In this document: positions 12,098 to 23,509 of the stretch, piece by piece | Position numbering within the stretch: position 1 is the stretch's first letter | Layout of the letters: every line of letters begins with the position of its first letter | From: Antedon mediterranea | Lineage: Eukaryota; Animalia; Echinodermata | Direction: 5' to 3' | NCBI RefSeq assembly: GCF_964355755.1 | Contig: NC_092671.1 | Span: forward strand, 37,024,304 to 37,088,303 | Length of the DNA stretch: 64,000 nt | Position numbers and translations under genes: made by a program | The notes under the pieces: generated by a model | The model's database searches: none | What the model was told of the DNA's origin: nothing | What the model saw: the letters and a program-made list of their open reading frames with translations, nothing else

Positions 12098-14630
12098 TGT
12101 CTGTCTTAAAGTAAAGTGATCTTTAATTGGAAGAGGACCAGTACAATTACTTGTTTTTAATCACATGATTATAAACTATTTATTCCTCTTGTCTGTGCTC
12201 GTACAAAATAATAAAACGGTCGCTAATTGGAAGTGTATTAAAGTAAAGTGATCTTTAATTGGAAGAGGACCAGTACAATTACTTGTTTTTTATCACATGA
12301 TTATAAACTATTTATTCCTCTTGTCTGTACTCATACAAAATAATAAAACGGTCGCTAAATGGAAGTGTTTAAATTGAAGTGATCTTTAATTTGAAGAGGA
12401 CCAGTACAATTACTTGTTTTTTATCACATGATTATAAACTATTTCTTCTTCTTGTCTTTATTCATACAAAATAATATAACGGTCGCTAATTAGAGGTGTC
12501 TTAAAGTAAAGTGATCTTTAATTGGAAGCGGACCAGTACATTTACTTAATTTTGTCACATAATTAAACTATTAATTATTCTTACCTTTACTCATACCAAT
12601 TAATAAAAATGGTCGCTAATTAGAGGTGTCTTAAAGTAAAGTGATCTTTATTTGGAAGCGGACCAGTACAGTTACTTAATTTTGTCACATAATTAAAACT
12701 ATTAATTATTATTGTCTTTACTCATACCAATTAATATAATGGTCGCTAATTGGAGGTGTTTTAGGTAAAGTGATTTTTAATGGAAGAGGACCACTTCATT
12801 TACTTGTTTTTGTCATATACTTAACAATTATTTATTCTTTTTGTCTTTATTAATACTAAATAATATAATGGTCGCTAATTGGAGGTTTCTTTAAGTAAAG
12901 TGATCTATAACTGGAAGAGGACTAGTACAGTTACTTAATTTTGTCACTATCATAATTAAAACTATGTATTCTTCTTGTATTTAGTCCTACCAATTAATAA
13001 AATGGTCGCTAATTAGAGGTGTCTTAAAGTAAAGTGACCTTTAATTGGAAGCGGACCAGTACATTTACTTAATTTTGTCACATAATTAAACTATTAATTA
13101 TTCTTGCCTTTACTCATACCAATTAATAAAAATGGTCACTAATTAGAGGTGTCTTAAAGTAAAGTGATCTTTAATTGGAAGCGGACCAGTCAGTACAGTT
13201 ACTTAATTTTGTCACATAATTAAAACTATTAATTATTATTGTCTTTACTCATACCAATTAATAAAATGGTCGCTAATTGGAGGTGTTTTAAGTAAAGTGG
13301 TCCTTTATTGAAAGAGGGCCAGTACAATTACTTGTTTTTTGTCACATAATTAATAACTATATATTCTTCTTGCTTTATTAATACTAAATAATATAATGGT
13401 CGCTAATTGGAGGTTTCTTTAAGTAACGTGATCTATAACTGGAAGAGGACTAGTACAGTTATTTAATTTTGTCACTATCATAATTAAAACTATGTATTCT
13501 TCTTGTATTTACTTCTACCAATTAATAAAAATGGTCGCTAATTAGAGGTGTCTTAAAGTAAAGTGACCTTTAATTGGAAGCGGACCAGTACATTTACTTA
13601 ATTTTGTCACATAATTAAACTATTAATTATTCTTGCCTTTACTCATACCAATTAATAAAAATGGTCATTAATTTGAGGTGTCTTAAAGTAAAGTGATCTT
13701 TAATTGGAAGCGGACCAGTCAGTACAGTTACTTAATTTTGTCACATAATTAAAACTATTAATTATTATTGTCTTTACTCATACCAATTAATAAAATGGTC
13801 GCTAATTGGAGGTGTTTTAAGTAAAGTGGTCCTTTATTGAAAGAGGGCCAGTACAATTACTTGTTTTTTGTCACATAATTAATAACTATATATTCTTCTT
13901 GCTTTATTAATACTAAATAATATAATGGTCGCTAATTGGAGGTTTCTTTAAGTAACGTGATCTATAACTGGAAGAGGACTAGTACAGTTATTTAATTTTG
14001 TCACTATCATAATTAAAACTATGTATTCTTCTTGTATTTACTTCTACCAATTAATAAAAATGGTCGCTAATTAGAGGTGTCTTAAAGTAAAGTGACCTTT
14101 AATTGGAAGCGGACCAGTACATTTACTTAATTTTGTCACATAATTAAACTATCAATTATTCTTGCCTTTACTCATACCAATTAATAAAAATGGTCATTAA
14201 TTTGAGGTGTCTTAAAGTAAAGTGATCTTTAATTGGAAGCGGACCAGTCAGTACAGTTACTTAATTTTGTCACATAATTAAAACTATTAATTATTATTGT
14301 CTTTACTCATACCAATTAATAAAATGGTCGCTAATTGGAGGTGTTTTAAGTAAAGTGGTCCTTTATTGAAAGAGGTCCAGTACAATTACTTGTTTTTTGT
14401 CACATAATTAAAAACTATATATTCTTCTTGCTTTATTAATACTAAATAATATAATGGTCGCTAATTGGAGGTGTTTTAGGTAAAGTGATTTTTAATTGGA
14501 AGAGGAACACTTCATTTACTTGTTTTTGTCACATACTTAACAATTATTTATTCTTCTTGTCTTTTCACATACCATATAATATAATGGTCCCTAATTGGAG
14601 GTGTTTAGGCAAAGCGATCTTTAATTAGAA
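12098..14630. repeat. Tandem satellite, ~131-bp monomer, about 19-20 copies, with a 529-bp four-monomer higher-order repeat
   Basis: The gtaaagtga anchor recurs at 12111, 12243, 12374, 12506, 12636, 12765, 12895, 13029, 13159, 13292, 13423, 13558, 13688, 13821, 13952, 14087, 14217, 14350, 14480 and 14609. Confidence 0.95.
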
Positions 14631-15486
14631 AAAAAAAATTTGTTTGGCATCATTAAGTATTATTGGTTATTAAAAGAAGACAAGACAAGTGCAGGCGTGA
14701 TAAAAACAACCACCTATCATAAAACGTATGATACAGTATTTAATAGTGGACGCATTTCAATCCATGGGTCAGACATTATTAAACGGGCCGGACAGCATTA
14801 AATTGTTGAAAAACGCCCACGAACCCGTTGAAACATGCAACTGGACACTATCCAATGCTGAAAAGTGTCCACCCGGACACTTTTGAATGCTGGACACAAT
14901 TCAATCTTACACCGGCCTCCGATTGGCGAAACAGTGTTATTTTATTTTACGAGCCACAAAAATATACGAAAGGTTTCCCAGAGTAGTTCCGGCCTCCAAA
15001 ACGGTAACCACAAACCCAGTAATCAGCGCACCTGGATAAATTTTAGTTTGGTACGCCTTTATAATTCACGAATGAAACGGTCACTTATTATTTGATATTG
15101 TTGAACTGTGTCCATTTTAACTTAAATGTTAAAGTTTTATGCAATATACAGCATGCTTATCTTGTAGCTATACCGGTATTGCTTTGTAATTTGTAATGGT
15201 TTTTCATATATCCGCAATAAAATATTATATATTATTATCTATATTAAATCAGTATCTGTAAAGCATTGGTATTTGTTTCTTCCAACCTTGTCTACTAAAC
15301 ATTCCGCTCTTCTCTCGGCTACTACACAAATCAAACGAGTGACCAATTAAACACAATTCAACAACAGACTATGACAAATTTCAAAGTAGTAAAAGAGTGA
15401 CAAAGTAAGCAAAAAAAAGCCGTTAACATTTTGATTTAGTAAATTTAAAATGACGTTACAACGGGGGAAATGTGTATAGGCATATA

Positions 15487-15597
15487 ACACGGAAAGTGTA
15501 AACAAAAAGTTGTGGAATTGGGAATTCCAAGATATTCACAAATAGGTACCATATAGGAAGTAAACCTTGTTTTGGTATTATAAACACTCGTGATTTA
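15487..15597 (+). promoter_or_regulatory. Conserved promoter module of paralog 2 (GGGAATTCC at 15520-15528)
   Basis: Homologous to 6450-6540. Confidence 0.5.
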
Positions 15598-15664
15598 AAT
15601 CTGGTTCTGTTCAGTTTGTTGTCTAGTTTTCAGACTTGCAGTATTGATTTTAAGAGTTATAGTT

Positions 15665-18600
15665 ATGGCGTCAAACTGGATTTGTTTTACCATGATGGTA
15701 GGTACGATTGTTCATGGAAACTATGTTATGCAGGATTTTTCAAAAACTCGACCTTACATTAAGGTGGTCAGTCCATGTTGGCCTATTTGGAGTCAAATAC
15801 AAAATACGACTGATTGTGATCTAATGCCGACAATATATAGGCCTACTGGTAATAACAGAACTATGAACATCAGCGAACTGGTTGACCGTTCTAGAAATGT
15901 TTCTGTTGTGAAATTTAACATACACAAAGGTTCAGAGTATGGTACACTTGCATGGGTTGACGACAAAGTAGGAGCAACTATAATGTCATATCCCGCCAAC
16001 TATGAAATTTTGTCGTTGGGAACATTGACATTTGAAGAGATCACATTGAATCTAAGATTTAACAACGTTACAGACAAAGAATGTAAGAAAAACCTCACTA
16101 ACGAAAACATTATGGTGATAATGAGCAGGGTAATAGGAAACTATACCAGTGAAACGGATCTTTTTTGTTTAAGAAATTATACTACGAAGAATTCAAGTAG
16201 GCCTACCTCAGTTGTTGATCTTTTGTACAACTATATCTACACTGCAATTCATGGAAACACTAATTACTCGTGTCACATGATTTCAGAGAGACACATTTGC
16301 AAGGTAGTTTTGCATAAATTTTACTGGACTGGACCCATTACTGCAATTGGCTTACTGGTGATGTTATTTAGTCCATTGGTAATTGGGGTGTTATTAGAGA
16401 ACCCTTATCGTAAATCTTCAGATGGCAATACGTGTCCAAGAACCACAGACGACATAGCTCTTTTGGAAACAGACAATACTGAACAACCGCCAAGATTGGC
16501 TCTGAATTCTCCGTTACCTTTGGGTGCAAGGTACGCCATATTTCATTGGGGTAACAGACATGTATACCTACTATCCCTCCGGGTTTTCTACATTTGCATG
16601 GTAATAATTGTTTTGATTCCTGTGGCTAAATATTTGGAAGTCCATTTTCATGCTAACTTTAAACGGCAGAATAAAGTAAATAAAATATTTAAAAAAGTGT
16701 ATTATTCTACAAAGTGTTCTATCATCACAGGCCCGTATGCAGCATTTATAATGGGGGGGTGCGAGCGAAGCGAGCAACAATGGCTGGGGGCCAGGGGGCC
16801 GCCAAGGGCCCCCGGTCAGGGTCCAGGGGCCGAAGGCCCTGGAAAAATTTGCGTTATTTGACGTTCTAAAGACTGATGTAAGACTCTCTGTTGTGGCTTG
16901 GGCTAGTTGAACGATGGACACCAGAACTTAACGCTTTCATGATGAGGCCAACTCAGCAGGGGTGGCGCCAGGATCTTCCCGACGCGGGGGCTACATTCCC
17001 CGACGAGGGGGCTATGCGAGCATCACTAGGCTGAGGGCCAGGGGCCGCCAAGGACCCCCGGTGGGGTCCAGGGGGCGAAGCCCCCGGAAGCAACGCGTAC
17101 TAGCGTCATTTGAGGTTTTTTTTAATCAGATTTAGGGTAGCCATTTTTTCCATTTTTTATAATGCATAAATAAAATACTGCGTGCAAAAAAACGATGCGC
17201 GATGACGGTTTCAATCCATATTTTTCAAGTTAAAAAATAAAAGTTCAAAGAAAATTTTGAAAAATAGAGTTGGAGGTCCTGGAAATTGGACTTATTTATA
17301 CTTCAAAACATGAAAAAAAATATATAAGTCCCTATCATGGGTTGTGACTGAGCTAAGAAATGTTTGAAAAATAGAGATGTTAGGTCCCGGAAAATGTACT
17401 TCTTGTTCTTCGAAATATGACCAGCTTTATTGTTGGGGCTGAGCTAAGAAAATGTTTAAAACTAGAGCTGCAGGTCTTCAAAAAATTGCATTTTATACTT
17501 TGGAAACATCAGGCCTAGAGGCTTAAAAAACGCAAGCGTAGACCTTTTTCAGTCGGGGAAAAAGTTTATTCCTCCCAGGTGTATGCATGCGTACCATCTG
17601 GACTTCCGAGTGGTGAGAAATTCATGACATACAGGATATTGAAAATGTAATAACTATAGCTATAATGTTGGCTAAGCGAAAATGGCATGTTTTTTTGTTT
17701 AGTAATGGATGAAAAATTTATTTTAGGTGCCCCACGGTACAGAAGGTTACTTGTAAATTAAAAAATTGGTGAACAAACGAACAATTAACATAATTCGTTT
17801 TTGCTGTAGTGTAGCGTACGTCGACGCAGTACACGACGTAACCGTCGGTAAACTTCGCCTGGAAAATAACACATTACACATTTTGGTCCCTGGATGAAAC
17901 TTGATATCACGCGTCTCGACCCAACGTTGAACGATTCGTACAAAGGGATACCGCCAGACAAGTGCGTACCTAGCTATTGTTTAGTAGTAAGTTAGATCGC
18001 TGGCAATAATGAATGCATATAAAGTGCATAATATCACTCTGACGTACTCTCACGGTGAATGAAACGTCGCGGTTTTCTAGGCGCTGAAGCTAGCTACGAA
18101 GTGAACGCGAACGCTTTTTACTGTATATTATATTCCCCGACAAAAAGTACACGTGTTCCCTGACGTTAAGTTGTCTGTATTTCTCCAGCAAACACTTTAC
18201 CGCGTACCGCGTACATGAAGCGCTAAGCTATTGCTTGTCGTCACATGATCGACTGCGCATGTTTTACATCGAGTTTGTAGTCAGTTCAGATTCCGTAATT
18301 TAATTACCGGTATTTTTTCATTTTATATTAGCATATTTTTGTTTGTATACCATTGATAATGTAAATTTTGTATATATATAATGATATTGTCTTTAGTTAA
18401 ACAAGACAAGAAAAAATACCAACCGAGGAAATAGTGGACCTTTTGGGACTTGGGGGGGTGCGTCTGCACCCAACGCACCCCCCCTGGATACGGGCCTGCA
18501 TCATGCCAGTTGTTAGCACTTCTGATCATCACAATTCATCCGGCGTCGCTTTCTTGTTTCGACGATGGATCAGAATGTGGACTTGACTTCGACAGCAACC

Positions 18601-19630
18601 GATACACATGTCTTTATCGTCAGATATTGAATCGATTTAAACTTGTGACCAATCGTACGATTTGGCGAGATAAACCATTTGTTGGTATTACCTCTAACAT
18701 GTCACTGATATTTCGCAGAATGTTTCTGATCGTAGATGTTTTCATTGCGGTGTGTCGTATAATAACGTGCCTATTTCCAGTTATTTACTTTCTCTCAGCA
18801 CCAATAATATCAATCTTCAAGATTCTGTTTAAAGTTGTTGGATTTGACAATCCACGAGAGCGACGTATACAGTTTGCTCCACTGTATTTATCATTGGTTG
18901 TCATACGGGCTGCTTTGTTGACCATATTTGTTGCATGTCTGTCATTACAAGTGATGACCATTACATTCTTCATTTTTCAAACGATTGTTCTGACCACTAT
19001 AGGTATCGTGACGGACTATGGCGATAACGAGATTATGGTAATACGAGTAATTACAATCCTCTCCTTTGGTTGGTACATTCTTACTGGCTTTAAAGAATAC
19101 TACAACTGCTATGCTTCAGTTTGGCGTACCATAATTGATGCAGCAGAATCGTGGCAAGCCGGTCTTAATGCAGAAGCTTACAATGAGATTAACAACGACC
19201 CGAATTCTCAAAGGCGAAATGCTCTTATGGTTCGAAATTCTCCTAAATTAACCAAACCGCTTGTTGTCTACACAGAATTGATTCCATCTTTACCAGAAGA
19301 GTTGTTGAATCACGTTATCAATAGATGCAAAAAAAAAAAAGTGTTCAGATTGCAAAAATTGTTTTGTGGAACGTCATTGTTGCCATCTTTTTTACAATCG
19401 CATATTTAACGATCGTTTCGACTCATCAGTATAACGAGTTCACACAAGTTAGTAAATCTATGATAACGTTAGCAATGGCGACATTTCCAAAATTGGCATC
19501 AATAGCTTTCACGACACATGAATATGCCTCAAGAAAAGAAGCCAAAATACGCAGAGTTTGGTTTGAGGTGTTTAAGTACGCAGAAGAAAAAGATTACAAC
19601 AGAATTGGAGACGTCCAAGGTTTGGAATAA
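15665..19630 (+). pseudogene. Paralog 2 of the multi-pass membrane family, disrupted
   Basis: ATG at 15665. A net +7-nt indel near 16673-16685 relative to paralog 1, a 1.77-kb insertion at 16728-18498, and a +2 A-run frameshift at 19329-19340. Homology continues through ORFs 18450-19409 and 19325-19630. Confidence 0.75.
16728..18498. mobile_element. Non-autonomous TIR element (CAGGCCCGTAT... termini) with 5-bp TSD CATCA, probably composite
   Basis: caggcccgtatgcag at the left end and ctggatacgggcctg at the right. CATCA is duplicated at 16723-16727 and 18499-18503; the empty site is visible in paralog 1 (ctatcatcatgccag). A second element-like start (caggggtggcgccagg) lies near 16957. Confidence 0.9.
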
Positions 19631-20628
19631 TGGCGAAGACAAGTTGTGCGACCATACTCAAATATACAGGATTGATTAAAATTTAAATTCTGAATAGAGA
19701 GAACATGATCTGTATATACAAATCCGAAAACGTTACGTAACTTATACTAAAAAAAAATTGTATATATTTTATAGCAGTATGAAAGCTTAAGTTTTAATGA
19801 ATATTGTTTGAGATTTGTAAAGTGTTGCTTTACAATGTTTATAATGTGTTAATGACTTCTTAGGTGCTGATTTTGTAAATATAAGTTAAAATCCAAAGGA
19901 AAATTACTGAAAAAATGGCAATCTTAATAAAGATAGAAAATAAAATAAGAACAAAGCTAAATCAAAATGACAAAGTGAAACAGCCAGAAAAATGTTAGCT
20001 TAACAAATCATGTGTAAATATTTATATACGCCTATAATTGAAGCTATAGTAGGTTTATAACTAATGTTTGCATAACCAGTAAATGACACTATAGCATTCC
20101 ACATAAACTACAATTTAATTAAAAATAAAAAAGTTTAGTAATTGAATACTTTGTGTGATGTTAAGACATAAAATATGTAGGCTATTATAGGCCTATAGTT
20201 ACTGCGTGCAGCTTGCCATTAACATCTAAAGTTTAGAAGAATCTTAAGAATGAGAGAATTAATCAAACTTTAGTCAGTTTAATTCGGAAGAAGTTTCTCG
20301 CTCCTATTTGCATACACCTGTACATATTTGAATAGTGGGCTACACGTGACGAAGTCAACTGGACTACTCAGACTGAGCCACCATGTAGGCCTAGGCGCTG
20401 CAGCGGTGTAGAGATTTATTAGATTTTGGTTGTTCACATTGTACAATGTGAGTAATACATTATTATTATGTATATGATGGACAATATAATCTTAAATAAT
20501 TCGGTAGGTAGTAACATATATTGTATCAAATACCTGTCGCTCCGTTATTTAAAAGTACATAGTAGCTGTCGTTGGCGACTGCTTTTTTTAAATTTCCGTT
20601 CAAAGGTCATTATGATTATTACCGGGCT

Positions 20629-22855
20629 GCGATTTTTTTTTTCGTACATAAGTTGGGGACCCCCTCATGAAACGTCACAAAATAAACATGAATAATTCAT
20701 CAGTTAAATTTGTTGTTCCGTGTGCACCCAAGCGTATAGCAACAAGAAGTGATTACACGCACAACTAAACTGCGATACGATTCTTTCTACAGTAGGCCTA
20801 GGATTCTAGGTCAATTCACGTGATTGCCTTCGCGCACTCTTCTTTAAATCTTCACACACACACCACTATGCAAAATGTGTCGAGGCTAATCGACAGCTAG
20901 GCAAGATATTAAACTAAGTACTGTAGTTAATTGGACATAGCCCAAAGAAAGCAGACCCACAAGAATAAAAAATGTATATAATTTGTGTACTGTATTTTTT
21001 TAATTCTGCTATTTTAATTATCAAACAATATGCATGTACTCAAAGGAATTTTAAAAATGCGCGTATATGAACACATGAGATGGGAAGATTTGACCCACGA
21101 GAATAAAAAATGTATTTTTGTGTAATGTTTATTGTTTAATTTTGCTGACTTATTACTCGGATTGTGTGGGTAGTAACAAAGTGCGAGGCAGCGAGGCACG
21201 CGAGGCAGGGAAGGCATGCGAGGCAAGTCAGAAATTTATGCGAGGCATCGTTTTACCATCATCAAAAAATGCGAGGCATCATTTTATCATTTCTCAAAAT
21301 TGCAAGGCAGGAAATCACCGAAATTGAAGTAGCCTAGGCCTAGGCCCGCTAGGCTAGTTTCCTTTTGCACCTGCCTTTTATTTTAACCAACTTTATCCTG
21401 AATACCACAGCTTAGAATTAGTAGGCCTACTTTAATGAAGAAAAATCACATAAAAGTAACAATAAATCCATTAAATTGGTGATTTTACAGACGTTGTTTT
21501 TCTCGCATTTCGCACACTCAATGTTCAATATTTTGGTTTCTATGGAACGCCAAAAGAGCAAAATTAATTAGAGGGCTAAAAACTCTGTGGAATCCATTTA
21601 TATTTAACGCATTATTTGGTGAAAATCAAGTACAATTTCAATAGATTTTGTCACTGTCAGTAAAGAATTTTTTTCTTTGCGGCATGTTATTGGATCGCCA
21701 TATCAGTTACCTTTTATTCACCGCCAGTTATTGAACTTGTCCTGACAATCGCTGTTCACCTTATTTGCGAGAGAGGTACACGTGTTGTTCCTAGAGAATG
21801 GAATGTCAAAAATGTCTTTGGCACGCCGCTCAGAGAGAAGTCTGTGCGTTGCTGCTGAAACCACGTGCTATAGGAGGGGAATGCACCTCAATCCTCTGAG
21901 CTGAGGGCTGAATCATTCCGCTACCTGCTAAATAGTAAAGAGGGATCTAGGCGCAGGGGTGTGATAAAATATTATTTTCACTCTGCTATGTTCGAGAGAC
22001 ATGTGAGTGAACACGCTCGAAATGCCAACAAACATTGCAGTCATTTGATGAGTGTGTCGCTATAACAATTATTGTTTATCGAAAGTTGAAGACTGTCGTT
22101 CAGATTTTTGAACCGTAGTTTGGGCACTTTTGTAAAAGTAAAATTTGACACGATATGACTTGAATGAAAAAACAATCGTTACATAAAAATAAACAACATG
22201 ATGAGCGTATACACGAATCTATTTAGATACGCTTGTATCGATTGATTATTAGGCCTATAATATAGCATAATAGCACGTTAAGATATGCCTCGTACCTTTT
22301 TGAAATTGTAAACTATATGCATCGCATGCCTCGCACTTTTGGAAATGATAAAATGATGCCTCGCACAAATATTTGGCATGCCTCGCGTGCCTCGCTGCCT
22401 CGCACTTTGTCAACACTCGGATTGTGTCATACCAAAGATAGTAAGTGTAACTATTTTTGGTCATACCTAACACACACACGTCACACACACCCACATAGCT
22501 ACTACTAGAATAGACATGGGTTTAGAGACTAATAATTAGACCTAATAGTATTAATAGAAACTATAGTTTTAACACGTAATTCTTTAGTAATAAATTATAT
22601 TAAAAACACCATAAACTAAAGGCTGATTATTTCGACAATCCACACAAAACGCCGCTATTCTTCTTCTATGAAATCGCACGCCGCAACAACAGCGGAGATA
22701 GGAGGCCTAGAATCGTACCGCACTTGTGTAATCACTTCTTGTTGCTATACGCTTGGGTGCACACGGAACAAGAAAATTTAACAGATGAATTATTCATGTT
22801 TATTTTGTGACGTTTCATGAGGGGGTACCCAACTTATGTACGAAAAAAAAATCGC
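20629..22855. mobile_element. Mutator-like non-autonomous element, ~130-bp TIRs, 9-bp TSD TACCGGGCT
   Basis: gcgatttttt..cgtacataagttggg..gtgattacac is inverted at about 22726-22855. TSD at 20620-20628 and 22856-22864. Confidence 0.9.
21168..22418. mobile_element. Second Mutator-like element nested in the first; GCGAGGCA subterminal repeats, 9-bp TSD GGATTGTGT
   Basis: acaaagtgcgaggcagcgaggcacgcgaggca is inverted at the right end. TSD at 21159-21167 and 22419-22427. Confidence 0.8.
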
Positions 22856-22890
22856 TACCGGGCTGGCTTTGGATTGGTTGAAGCGGTTTA

Positions 22891-22900
22891 GGAAAGTCCC
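22891..22900 (-). promoter_or_regulatory. Canonical NF-kB site GGGACTTTCC upstream of paralog 3
   Basis: ggaaagtccc on the + strand is an exact match to the classical kB decamer; a CCAAT box (gattgg) lies about 15 bp upstream. Confidence 0.45.
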
Positions 22901-23319
22901 GAAAAATTTGTTAGGCCTAAATTAATGTAACGTAAAAATTGAAAAATTCCAAAACAGATTCGTTTGCTTTTGAAATGGTTTTCCCAATCATAAACATAGA
23001 ATTCTTATAGCCTAACATACCTATATTTAGACATATTGAGTGACTCACATCCAGGCTAGAATTTAGAGTATAGTGAACAGGAGGACATGATGCTAAACAC
23101 GTTGCTCCAGTACAACAGTAAGTCTCTGTAGGCCTACATCTTATTATTAAAGAAAAATAGAGTGCAAATAGTCCTGTTTTCTTTATGATTATTATTATTA
23201 TTATATGTCTCTACGCTTTTACAAGTCTGCTACACTTTAGTCATGTTCATAGTGTAGACAAAGACATTTCATTGAAAACGTTTGCTAAATTAAAAGTTTT
23301 AGGCTAAAGTGCAACATAG

Positions 23320-23455
23320 AAACACGGAAATAAATTTAAAAAAAAAGGTACATACCTGAGATTGGGAATTCCGAGACAGTCACAAATAGTAACAAGACGA
23401 GGAAGTTTATTATGCTCTGATCCGGGTTCTGATGGTAAAACGTCTCGTGATTTTG
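23320..23455 (+). promoter_or_regulatory. Conserved promoter module of paralog 3 (ACACGGAAA, GGGAATTCC at 23364-23372, GGAAGT, TCGTGATTT)
   Basis: The motifs are retained although the intervening spacers have diverged from paralogs 1 and 2. Confidence 0.55.
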
Positions 23456-23509
23456 TGATTGTGTTCAGTATAATGCTTGATGGTTGATGTATGACAATCT
23501 TTTCACAAA

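Larger units (their letters stand above)
9681..14915. mobile_element. 5.2-kb non-autonomous TIR element (CCGGTGTAAGATT... termini) containing a satellite array and LINE fragments
   Basis: Left end ccggtgtaagatttaaatgtgtccggtgtttgaaagtgtcc matches the reverse complement of the right end (ccggtgtaagattgaattgtgtccagcattcaaaagtgtcc). Paralog-flank homology stops and resumes at these ends. TSD is ambiguous. Confidence 0.6.

Noticed and set aside
12098-14630. CRISPR-like array
   Set aside because: The whole monomer is repeated with no unique spacers, there are no cas genes, and the context is eukaryotic; it is a satellite.
16730-16861. Gly/Pro-rich C-terminus of the 405-aa ORF (GARGPPRAPGQGPGAEGP) as a collagen-like domain
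   Set aside because: It is read-through into the GC-rich end of the inserted transposon.
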